Positions 1-9,607 of a DNA stretch of 64,000 nucleotides are shown piece by piece. The stretch is from Diplonema japonicum (lineage: Eukaryota > Protista > Euglenozoa: Diplonemea): the NCBI GenBank assembly GCA_964019335.1, contig OZ025738.1:1-64000 (forward strand), written 5' to 3'. The translations under genes and the position numbers were made by a program. The number at the start of each line of letters is the position of its first letter. The stretch's first letter is position 1. The notes below the pieces were generated by a model. That model ran no database searches, had not been told where the DNA came from, and saw only the letters and a list, made by a program, of their open reading frames with translations.

Positions 1-352
1 TTGCGGGTTTGCGGGTTTGCGGGTTTGCGGGTTTGCGGGTTTGCGGGTTTGCGGGTTTGCGGGTTTGCGGGTTTGCGGGTTTGCGGGTTTGCGGGTTTGC
101 GGGTTTGCGGGTTTGCGGGTTTGCGGGTTTGCGGGTTTGCGGGTTTGCGGGTTTGCGGGTTTGCGGGTTTGCGGGTTTGCGGGTTTGCGGGTTTGCGGGT
201 TTGCGGGTTTGCGGGTTTGCGGGTTTGCGGGTTTGCGGGTTTGCGGGTTTGCGGGTTTGCGGGTTTGCGGGTTTGCGGGTTTGCGGGTTTGCGGGTTTGC
301 GGGTTTGCGGGTTTGCGGGTTTGCGGGTTTGCGGGTTTGCGGGTTTGCGGGT
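1..352. repeat. Perfect octamer tandem repeat (TTTGCGGG)n, about 44 copies, open at the window edge
   Basis: Read directly from the sequence; ends at ...gcgggt|ctgctcgc. Confidence 0.98.
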
Positions 353-2221
353 CTGCTCGCGCAGGATGAGAAGATCCCCATCGCCTGTGGAGGAACTCTT
401 ACCACGACGGCTTTCGTGCTCGTAAGCAGTGCCGTCGTGCTTCTTCTTGCGCGAGGGTCTGTCCGGGGAGTCCTGCGTGAGGTCGATCATTTCTAAACCA
501 CCATCCGCCTGGTGAGGGTCTAGGGGAGCGTCTGCCTCGGCTCGGGCCACGGGCGGCTCCAGGGTCAGCGTCGTGTCTCTCTGGGCGTTGACCACCGGTT
601 GAAGCGTCGCGTGTCCCATGGCGGGAGCCATCGGCGTATCCATCCCGAGTCCGATGTTCTCATGGACGGACTGGATGCAAGGAGTGAGCTGTACCTGGCG
701 GGCGCCGAGGGGGGCGTCTGCCAGAACGGGCGTTGTCACGGCTCGGGCGAGCGATGACTCCGCAGCCGACGTTGTCACAATCTGGGAGCCGACCACTGGT
801 TGGAGTGTCGCGTGCCCCATGGTAGACGACGGCATCGGTGTGTCACTCCCGTGTCCGGTGTCCCGACGGGTGGACTGAGTGCAGGCCGCGAGCTGGGTGG
901 ATGACACGTCCGTTGGCGGTGGAAGGCATGGTGTCAACCGAGGCTCAGTAACCAGCCGCCTCGACAGGGTCGCGCGGGGCGTCGGAATTTCGACAGACTT
1001 CGTAAGTCTGACCGCCGCGGCCGAGGGCGACCCCAGTCCGGCGTCCATCGGGGGCAGTCTACTGCTGGGAGGATCCGTCTGGAGCGTCGATGATATCGAG
1101 AACAGTACAGGTGCTGTGACACGGTCCGTCTGACAGGTTGCGACTGCTGTCTGTGGTGTAGACTTGTGCAGACTCGAGACCTTCAGGAAGAGCGGGACAG
1201 TTCCGACCACGTTAGTCTGGCTTGCCGTAGACGTGGTGGTGACAGAGCATCCGGTGTGCACGGCTCGCGCGGCCACGGCGGCAGCTAGGGCTATGATGGC
1301 GGTGGCGACGGGCCGCCCGAAGTGAGCGGTGTGCGCATCCACACCTGATGCGGCGACTCCTGTGTCGAGCCGTCGGGTGCGTGCGGCATATGCAGCTATA
1401 GCTGCAGCTAGGGTGACATAAGTTAGGAGGGTGCGATCTTCCGGGGTGTTGAGAGCGGTCTCAGTCTTTCGCGCGCTCGAGTCGCTTACCTGGGGTGCCG
1501 CCGGGGTGATGACCGGCTCAAACTGGCGAAACTCAGCCTCAGGGTCTAGAACACGTGTGTTGTGTTTCCTGCCTGGGGTTGTCCTGGCCCACACATCGTC
1601 TGGGATGCAGAGGATGTTGTGTTCGGAGTATGTCGCATCATCGAGGTAGAAGAACTGGAGGTCCAGACTTGTATCCGCCCTTATCTTCTCCAGTACTGGC
1701 TGCAGCGCGAGGGAGAACAGCAACGGACCCACCGGGTCGCCCTGCTGGACCCCCTCCCTCGAGAGTAGCTCCGTCCCCTCGTGGAACAGCTTGGATGGGT
1801 GTCTGTAGCAAGATTCGGCCCACTTGTACCCCTTGGGAACCTTCGCGCACGCCTCCTTTAGCATCTCGTACCTGCTGATTGTGTTGAAGGCGTTTGCGTA
1901 GTCTATCTTGATCGCCACTCGGGACACGTCGTCCTGTTTCGCCTTCTCCACGTACTGCCTTGTCGCGTGGACAGCCGCCTCCATCCCCGCGGGGACCGCC
2001 ACCCCGATCTGGCCCCCCTTCCTCAGGTAGGACTTGGCCACTTCCGCCCCTTCCTTGTCAAGGATTGCCTTCCCTACAAGTCGTCTCAGGCTCTCTCCTA
2101 CGGCGATCGGACGGACTCCCCTGTCCGGTTTCCGCAGCGGAATCAAGCTCGCCCCTAGTATCAGCCGGAGTCTGACCTCTGGCCAAGATATTGCACACCT
2201 CGGTGAGAGCCGCCAGGGCCC
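1..2221 (-). pseudogene. Stop-free minus-strand frame: CRE-type RT core joined in frame to a Thr/Ala/Pro-rich region and the octamer repeat; runs off the window, so absent from the ORF track
   Basis: Manual translation gives LIPLRKPDRGVRPIAVGESLRRLVGKAIL, QIGVAVPAGME, IKIDYANAFNTISR, GVQQGDPVGPLLFSLAL and FFYLDD (1637-1648). No stop between 2221 and 1. Frameshifted near 2165 relative to upstream GKAAGPTGLSAQHLK (ORF 2058..2510). Confidence 0.85.
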
Positions 2222-2461
2222 CTACTTCCGTCACCACGCCGTCCACCCCGTCCTTCAGGTGTTGGGCGCTCAACCCAGTCGGCCCAGCCGCTTTCCCCTT
2301 GTCAAAGTCCCGGACCATGCTCAGAACGTCGACGGCCGTGACGTCCTCGAAGGAGTCAGCCGGATTCAGTTCTAGCCCCGAGGGGTCAACCGATGCCTCA
2401 GGGTGGAGGCCCAGGAGCTTCTCGAAGGTCTCGGTGGAGTCCTCCGCCAACCCTCCCGCAG

Positions 2462-2905
2462 TTAGCGCTGCGTTGGCTCTGGAGAAGCAGCAGGCTGCAG
2501 CACGCTGCACCCTCCGCAGATCGCGAAACCCATCGCCTTCGCGTTCTCTGGCGTGAGCTCTCCGGCGTGGGTCTTCGACAGGTGGTACTGCAAGCCCGCC
2601 TTCGACGAGTGCTCTTTCTTACCCTTCTCACACAGCAGGCACTCCCACACTCCGTCGGTCCTTCGGGAAGCCCCGGCCGTGCTCCTACTGGTGGCGGGGG
2701 GGCCTCCGGCTGCGCCTGGGGGCGGAGGCGGGGGTGGGGGTTGGGAAAGCGTTGCTCCGCCTTTGAGCGAGGAGGCTTCTAAGGGGAGGGGGGGCACGGG
2801 GCTCCGATAGACCACCCTGGTATAGGGCCCCCAACGTCTCCTGGCCACCCACCTCTTCCTCGCAAGGTGTTTCCCGGCCCTCGACCTGATGGCCCTCCTG
2901 GCCAT
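2462..2905 (-). pseudogene. Zinc-finger segment of the retroelement protein
   Basis: WECLLCEKGKKEHSSKAGLQYHLSKTH (C2H2) followed by ICGGC, immediately upstream of the RT N-terminus. Confidence 0.7.
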
Positions 2906-3112
2906 TCCTCCCCTGCGGGGCGCGCTCCGGCTTCCATCTTTCCTCCTGGGCCACCGCCCCCACCACCCCCTGGAGGGTGGTGGAAACGGGGGCCAGGACC
3001 CCCCTCCTGTTAGTGAGTGTGGGTGTGTTTTTTTGTTTATTTTCCACCCTCAAAAAAAGTCCCGGACCCATTCGGATCCGGGTGTAAAGGGGGGGTGACA
3101 ATGGGGGGGCCG

Positions 3113-3715
3113 AAGGGGCGCTAACCTCTCTAGGGAGAGCACCCTTCTCTTTTTTCTTCTTATCCTCCTTCTGGGAGGAAACAAAGGGGGGGGAATCCAC
3201 TTGGGGGGGGTTTGCAAGGGGGGGATTTACAAGAGGGGGGACAGATAAACCATAAATAGAAGAAGCAGAGGAAGGGGCGCTACCCTCTCTCGGGAGTGCA
3301 CCCTTCCCTTTTTTTTTTTTCTTATCCTCCTCCTGGGAGGGAACAAAGGGGGGGGGGATCTACAAGGGGGGGGTTTACAAGGGGGGAATTTACAAGAGGG
3401 GGGACAGATAAACAAGAGAAAGAAGAAAAAGAAGAAGCGGAGGAAGGGGGGGAGTTTACAAGAGGGGAGACAGATAATCCAGAGATAGAAGAAGCAGAGG
3501 AAGGGGCGCTACCCTCTCTCGGGAGTGCACCCTTACCTATTTTTTTCTTGTCCTCCCCCTGGGAAGAAACAAAGGGGGAATCTACAATGGGGGGGTTTAC
3601 AAGGGGGGAATTTACAAGAGGGGGGACAGATAAACAAGAGAAAGAAGAACAAGAAGAAGCGGAGGAAGGGGGGGGAGGGGCGCCTCCCTCTCTCGGGGAC
3701 ACCTCCTTCGCACTC
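3113..3715. repeat. About three imperfect 160-230 bp G/A-rich direct repeats inside the element
   Basis: Recurring aggggcgctaccctctctcgggagtgcacc and ggggaatttacaagagggggg motifs near 3113, 3272, 3502 and 3677. Confidence 0.85.
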
Positions 3716-4575
3716 TCTTTCCTTCTCCCCACAAACACAGTATTTTTTTTTTCTATTTCCTCCACAGAGGACACAGAGGGGGAGGGGAGGGGCACGGGGC
3801 AGCCAACCGTCCGCAGGGTGATCGACACCCTGGAGCCCGAAGAACACCCTTCGGGGATGTGGTGGGTCCATTCGTAGCGGGCCTCACCCTCCAGAATGGC
3901 CCAGGTGAAGGGAGGCACCAGGTACTTCGATACCCTGGACCCCTTCTTCAGGACCATCGTGGTCTCTGCACCGTACGAGAGGATGAGGACCACTGGTCCC
4001 AACCTCACGTCGTCGGTGTGGTGGGCGATTCCACACCCAGGCTCGTATCGATTTACGAGCACCTGGTCTGGGGTGATCCCCAGCCCCGCTGCGGTGGCCA
4101 CCTCCGCCACCCAACCCCTGGCCCCCTCTGGGATCGGGGTGGTGCGGCGCACTTTGGCACGGGCACCCACCCACCTGAAACCAAATTGGAGGGTTTCCCT
4201 CCCTTTGTTCCCCGAAATGGACTCCCACCCCCCCGAGAGCAAGGTCTCTGGGTGGGTGGGAGCTGGACCTGTTCTTAAGCCCGGGGGGTGGTCCCCTCCC
4301 GTGAGCACCCACCCTCCTTCTTTCTTTTTTTCCCCCCTCTCAGTCTTCAGGCGGGTGGCGGTGGCGGCTGCGGAATGCGCGCTGGCTGCGGGTGGTTCTA
4401 TTTTTTTATGTTTTTTATTATTTTTGACGACATCTAGAGGGGATCTAAGGGGAGGGGAGGGGTCATACTGCCCGGCCAGATTTCGGTCTGGTCGGGTGGT
4501 CGGCTTGGTCGGCGTCTCTCGTAGGCGTTCCTCCTGCGGGCGGCGGTCTCCGACGACGTTTCGTCTAGGGTCCAT
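3322..4575 (-). CDS. Retroelement ORF with AlkB-family 2OG-Fe(II) dioxygenase domain (domain about 3810-4230)
   Basis: PDQVLVNRYEPGCGIAHHTD (HxD), GEARYEWTHHI (distal His), RVSITLR (2OG-binding arginines); ATG preceded by an A-rich UTR. Confidence 0.85.
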   Translation of the reverse strand: MDPRRNVVGDRRPQEERLRETPTKPTTRPDRNLAGQYDPSPPLRSPLDVVKNNKKHKKIEPPAASAHSAAATATRLKTERGEKKKEGGWVLTGGDHPPGLRTGPAPTHPETLLSGGWESISGNKGRETLQFGFRWVGARAKVRRTTPIPEGARGWVAEVATAAGLGITPDQVLVNRYEPGCGIAHHTDDVRLGPVVLILSYGAETTMVLKKGSRVSKYLVPPFTWAILEGEARYEWTHHIPEGCSSGSRVSITLRTVGCPVPLPSPSVSSVEEIEKKNTVFVGRRKESAKEVSPREGGAPPPPSSASSCSSFSCLSVPPLVNSPLVNPPIVDSPFVSSQGEDKKKIGKGALPREGSAPSSASSISGLSVSPLVNSPPSSASSFSSFSCLSVPPLVNSPLVNPPLVDPPPLCSLPGGG

Positions 4576-4715
4576 TTTTATTTTTTTTTTTTTGTGTTGA
4601 GGGGGGAGGGGATCCTTTGCTAAACGGCAGGCGGGCCGGGCCGAAACAACCCCCCCAGACGACGACGAACGGACACCGAGCGGACGCAGCAGGCACCAAC
4701 AAAAACACAGACGAC

Positions 4716-4750
4716 CAATAAAGTACAGAAACTGTAGCTTTAGAATCGTT
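4716..4750 (-). other. Spliced-leader exon copy (nt 5-39) at the head of the retroelement
   Basis: Minus strand reads AACGATTCTAAAGCTACAGTTTCTGTACTTTATTG; its 3' half matches the kinetoplastid/diplonemid mini-exon; identical to the copy at 7071. Confidence 0.92.
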
Positions 4751-5029
4751 TTTTTAAAAGAAGAAGAGGCAAATTCAAAAACATACTAGGGAGGAATGAG
4801 TGGGGCAGGGGGTAAAATTTAGGAGGGGGAAAGAGGGAGAATCAAAAAAGGGGAAAGGGGCAGAGTGACCAATGTCCATGCGAAAAAGCATAGAGCGGGG
4901 GAAGAAGAAAATCAAAAACAGGAAAAACACATCACCACAAAAGAAAAAAGAAAAAAAAAAAAAAAAAAAAAACGTCGACCGAGATGGTTCCACTTCAAAA
5001 AGAAAAAGAAAAACAGAAAAATAAAAAAG

Positions 5030-6500
5030 GTCCGTCTGCGGTGCCTCCTTGTGCCGGTTGCAGCCCCAGGTGCCGGGATTCTGGGTGCCAGGGGTTGGGC
5101 TCCAGGCGTTCCCACCTCGGTCCGCTTCAGCCCCATTGCAGGGTCATCTGGCTTCTGTTCCAGGGCGGCCTCGTGTTCCTCTCTGCGGGCCCTCCTCCTC
5201 CCTTCTTTCCTCGCGCGACGGTGCCTTTTCTTCTCCTGTCTGGCAGCCTCCCTCGCCTTGGTCCTCTTCTCCCGACGCCTCTGAAGGGCCGTTTCGCTCC
5301 TGTGCCTCCTCCTGTTCTTCTTCCGCTTGGGCGCTGGCTTAGGTTCCCTGCCACCCATGGCAATCCAGGGGGCTCTTTTCTGTCTTCTACAAGGGTGTGC
5401 AGTGGTGCTCTCACGTCGCTCGCAGCCTCCGCCCCAACCACACCTTGGCGGGCGGTGGGGGTGGGTGCTGGGTCCCCCTGGTTGTTTGAAAAGAAAAAAG
5501 GTTCCTCCTTGTTTGTTTTTTTTTTTTCTTTCCCTTCCACCCTCAAAAAAAGCCCCCGGCCCTTGGGGACCAGGGTGTACACCTCCGTAGAGGGTCCAGA
5601 AAAAATGGGGGGCAGAGAGGGAGGGGCACTACCTTCTCTCGGGCGTGCTGTCTCTCCCTCTGCCTTTTTTTCCTCCGAAGAGGGTCTGTTTTTCACCTCC
5701 GTGGAGGGTCCCTCTGGAGAGGGCTCTAAAAATGAAAAAGGGGGGGACAAATGGGGGGGAGGAACACTACCCTCTCTCGGGAGTGCCACCTCTTCCCCTC
5801 TCTCTCTGTTTTCCTCCGAAGAGGGTCTGTTTTTTACCTCCGTGGAGGGTTCCTCTGGAGAGGGCTCTAAAAATGAAAAAGGGGGGGACAAATGGGGGGG
5901 AGGAGCACCACCCTCTCTCGGGAGTGCCACCTCTTCCCCTTTCTCTCTATTTTCCTCCGAAGAGGGTCTGTTTTCCTCCGAAGAGGGTTCTAAAAAAAAA
6001 AGGGGGGCGGGTGGGGCACTATCCTCTCTCGGGAGTGCCACCCCCCTTTGCCCACAAAAAAGGGGATCTAAAAAAGGGGGTTCGTCTGTTAACCCAGGGG
6101 ATGGGTCTTCCTGGGATGTGCGGGTGAGCTTGGGGCCTACCGCACGCAGGGTGATCGACACCCTGACACCAGTGGACATCCCGGACGGGATGTGGTGCGT
6201 CCACTGGTGTCTCGCTTCACCCTCCAACAATGCCCATGAGAAGGGGGGCACCAGGTATCTCGCCACCCTATCCCCCCTCCTCATGACCATTGTGGTCTCG
6301 GCTCCGTACGAGAGGACTAGGACAATCGGTCCCAGCCTCGCGTCGTCCTTGTGGGCGGCAATCCCACAACCAGACTTGTACTTGTTGACAAGTACCTGGT
6401 TGGGGACCACCTTGAGCCCTGCGGCGGCGGCCACCTCCCTCACCCACCCCTCCGCCCCCCCTGGGATCCCCGTGGTGGGGCGCACCTTGGCGTTCGTCAA
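5030..6500 (-). mobile_element. Second, diverged fragment of the AlkB-retroelement family (AlkB core, repeats, basic region; no RT)
   Basis: ORF 5127..6500: PNQVLVNKYKSGCGIAAHKD..GEARHQWTHHI..RVSITLR; ALPREGSAPP repeats; GLFLRVE and QGVVGA shared with copy 1. Confidence 0.8.
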
Positions 6501-7060
6501 TTAGGAATGTTGACAACCTTCTGGTACTTGACAATTTTAGTGATGAAGTTGTAGGGAGAGTGGTCAGGGGTGATTGGCATCCTGATCCTGATGTTCAGGA
6601 CGCTATCGGCCATCATGTGCATCAGGCGGTCGGTGAAGCCCTTACAGGTGGAGTACCCAGAGCCAAAAAAGTTAGGCAGGGATTCTTCGGTGAAACCCTT
6701 GCCTCCTACTTGATGTTCGTCATCATAGTGGAAGATGCACCCTGTGCCCATGTATGTGAAGTGGATTCCCCTCTCTTTGCACATGAAGGCAAGGACTGTG
6801 GGCCCCCACAAATTGTCCCTCATGTTTTCAACAAGTTTCCCTTTCTGCTCTAAATAGTCGATGGTGTTGAAGCCCTCCCCTCTTGTCCTTCCAACCAGAC
6901 TCACCACCCTATCAGGCTTCACTTCGTCCAGCTCCTTTGCCACGTCCACTTCATTGTCTGCCCTCACAGTGCTACCCACAGCCTCGTGGCCTTGCTTCTT
7001 TATGGTATCCATCACCTGGCCGCCTATCCATCCCTTGTGCCCGTACACGAGAAACTTCAT
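6497..7060 (-). pseudogene. 3'-truncated processed copy of NDP-4-keto-6-deoxyglucose 3,5-epimerase/4-reductase (NRS/ER, RmlD-like, rhamnose synthesis)
   Basis: MKFLVYGHKGWIGG, YMGTGCIFHYD, PNFFGSGYSTCK, RIRMPI, NFITKI..KVVNIPN, then an abrupt stop at the junction with the AlkB element; SL 10 nt upstream of the ATG. Confidence 0.88.
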
Positions 7061-7070
7061 TTTTTTCCGA

Positions 7071-7108
7071 CAATAAAGTACAGAAACTGTAGCTTTAGAA
7101 TCGTTGGT
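7071..7108 (-). other. Spliced-leader exon copy (nt 2-39) fused to the 5' UTR of the NRS/ER retrocopy
   Basis: ACCAACGATTCTAAAGCTACAGTTTCTGTACTTTATTG|TCGGAAAAAA ATG; no GT donor after it, i.e. mature-mRNA configuration. Confidence 0.93.
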
Positions 7109-7509
7109 GGAGAAGAGGACCAGGGTGCCCTTTGACCTGGATCTTCGGCGTGTGGTGGAGTGGGCTCCTTACCTGGAATGCCCCGGGGGTGGACAGAATA
7201 TTGTCCGCGAGCGGGTGGCGTTACGGGAAGGACACCAATGCGGGGAGCCACGAATCCATGAGTATCTGGCATAGGCTTCTTGTACAGTCCCATCTTCACG
7301 AACACATGCATCTGATCTCTTTCTCTTTCTATTCATGTTCCCCTCTCTTGGTTCTTTTCCCTGTGTGATTGTATTGAGGGATTCATGAAAGAAGAAAGAA
7401 GAAAGAAGAAAGAAGAAGAAAGGTTACATCGGTCCACCCAAAGAGATGCATCTCAAGAGGAGGACGATTAAACACGAGAAGAGCAATATATAAAAAAAAA
7501 CCCCCCTTG

Positions 7510-7610
7510 ACAAAGAAAACTCAAAGTAAAAGACCAGGACAGCCTCCTTCTTGGTGGATTCCTATCTTCTCGTTTCTGGAGCATTGCCTTTCCTATCGTG
7601 GGCTAAGAGG
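7510..7610 (-). mobile_element. Short degenerate LINE 3'-end fragment
   Basis: aaaactcaaagta and ttctggagcattgc match 40514-40612 at the end of the LINE ORF. Confidence 0.5.
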
Positions 7611-7829
7611 GAGGGGTCGCCCACCGCAATTGGAGGGAAAACGGGAACTGGCTCCAATCCGCGTACGCTGAAGCCCGTCGTGCTCTGCACACTGCGCTGA
7701 CTCGTCAACCCACGTCAGTCTTGCCATAGAAAAAGAAAAATGGAGTCAAAAAGGGGGGTCGAGACGTTTGTGTCACGTTGCTATTTCTTTTCTTTATGCT
7801 CTTTCTTCTTTTCCTTTTCTACTTCATGC

Positions 7830-8609
7830 TCACAAAACCGCAGCAACCAAGGCGAGCGCGGCCACAGTGAAACCCAACACTGAAGTCACAGGGCGTAGCG
7901 AAGTGCCGGAATTGGAGTTGACACAGGCGTCAGGAGGGTTGCAGACCGTGGAGCATTGTGCTCCGGAAGAGCAAGTAAGGGACACGTCCGTACACGCCGC
8001 CTGAGATGTGCAGGTGATCACACAAGTGGAATTCTGCGAACAGTGAATGGTGCTGTTGCTGCAGGAGTTTGTGTTCGGGCAGTTCAGGGTGAAGTTCTCG
8101 CCGGTGAAATCGAAAACAGAGTTCGTACATGAAACCCTCTCATTGCAAGACACTTCAGCGACTTCTGAGACAAACGTGTGATGCGTCTCTGAACAGCTTT
8201 CAATCCCGTTGCAGAACAACTCCGCCTTGCCACCCGTGGCAGTGCTCTCCATTGCCACCGTTGTGTTGTAGCACGAACGGTACCCGTCACAGATGTTCTT
8301 GCACTCGCTACCGGAGCACCTTGAGTCCATCTTCTTCATCCCCAAGCAGGAGCTGTTCCCAGCGCACCTTGCCAAGCACCTTTCGCTGTCGCATATCATC
8401 TCCCCCCCAGCACACCCTTCCACACCACTGCACTCATAGTGGCAGCTCCCCCCATCGCATATCAACCTGCTCCCCAAACACTCTTCTGCAGTGTCGCATA
8501 TGAACTGGCACGCCTTGTCGCTGCACCTGCACGTTGTGTGCTGTCCGCACGACTGGGTGCTGCAGGCGCCCACTAAACACAGAAAACCGAGCAGGCGAAG
8601 TCCATTCAT
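7830..8609 (-). CDS. Secreted/surface cysteine-rich repeat protein with a C-terminal hydrophobic (GPI/TM) tail
   Basis: Signal peptide, repeated C-x-G-x-x-S-C units, hydrophobic C-terminus. Confidence 0.85.
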   Translation of the reverse strand: MNGLRLLGFLCLVGACSTQSCGQHTTCRCSDKACQFICDTAEECLGSRLICDGGSCHYECSGVEGCAGGEMICDSERCLARCAGNSSCLGMKKMDSRCSGSECKNICDGYRSCYNTTVAMESTATGGKAELFCNGIESCSETHHTFVSEVAEVSCNERVSCTNSVFDFTGENFTLNCPNTNSCSNSTIHCSQNSTCVITCTSQAACTDVSLTCSSGAQCSTVCNPPDACVNSNSGTSLRPVTSVLGFTVAALALVAAVL

Positions 8610-9607
8610 TTTCTTTTATTCTTCTTTTAAAGCAACAAAACCTGAAAATAATTTATTACTTCCTTGCCAAAAGAAGGAAAGAAAAGAAGAAGAAAAAAAC
8701 TATAATACTGATAACCGAATCTCTTGCAACGACCACCACAGTTCAGCTGACTGCAGTGCATGCCGAAGCCACCTTTGCTTTCTTTAACAAGGCGGGACTA
8801 AAAAAAGGTAAATGATAAGATGCAGGTTCACGAATCACCAAAGATAAATCGTTAGAGGAGAAAAAAAAGACTCGCTCCTCTCTTTATTCTTTTCAAACCT
8901 CTCTTTAATGAATAAAATAAAACAAAATTTCTGGTTGCCGTTCTATTTTCTTTCTTTCCTCATATTTCTTCCGGCGAACTTGATGCAAATACAAAAAAAA
9001 GAGATGAAATAAAGGACCTTGTGTCCACATCTGCGCTGTGGCCCGCAAGGTTTCAAAAGACAGTCAGACCTAGTCGCAGAGTACCTTGTAGTTGCATAAG
9101 GAAAAAACTTGGTGGTTACAGTAACGGTGGAAAAAAAGTTGTAGTTAAAGTTGTAGTCGTACTTGGTGGAAAGAAAGTTGCAGGTTACCGTACTTGGTGG
9201 AAAAAAGATTTTAGGTTTAAGGAAACGGTGGAATTTGCTTACCGTGAACAGTGTTTTTCCCTAATTTGAATTTTATTTTTGCCGTTCTTAAGACTCTTGC
9301 AACGGAAATATAAGTTTTCCAGACAGAGGGGACAGTGCGGACAGGCTAGGTACCCCCTTAGAAAAGTGCCCAAAAAAAATGTCCGGAAGATAAAATCACC
9401 GGATGTTTCGGCGGCCCGGATATTTTATCTTCCGGTGGATTTTTGTTTTACAGTAGTTTCTTTTCTTTTTCTCTATTTGATTACACTTCATTTGTCTTCT
9501 TCTCGCTGCCTTGAATGGTTTGCTAGGTAGACGGCTAGTCGGTGGGGGTTAGTGTGGGATTATCGTGGGATTGTCAGTGGTCTTTTCGGTGTCCTCGAGG
9601 AACCTAT

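Larger units (their letters stand above)
1630..4750 (-). mobile_element. CRE/SLACS-like non-LTR retrotransposon, SL-headed: AlkB domain + repeats + C2H2 zinc finger + RT; decayed and truncated after YLDD
   Basis: RT motifs typical of the CRE clade (RPIAVGE, DYANAFN, GVQQGDPVGPLLF, YLDD); zinc finger CLLC..HLSKTH in ORF 2462..2905; SL at the 5' end; frameshifts. Confidence 0.8.

Noticed and set aside
1-352. True chromosome-end telomere
   Set aside because: The G-rich strand faces inward at the left edge and the unit is not TTAGGG; cannot be supported from this window
1-496. Plus-strand RVCGFAGL-repeat ORFs
   Set aside because: Translations of the octamer repeat, open in all frames
4576-4750. 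Functional SL RNA gene
   Set aside because: First four nt are missing, the donor is GTCGTC rather than GTATG-like, it is not in a tandem array, and it leads into an element ORF
3296-6504. Long plus-strand ORFs (e.g. 4984..6504, 3896..4600)
   Set aside because: Antisense shadows of the GC-rich AlkB element with no motifs
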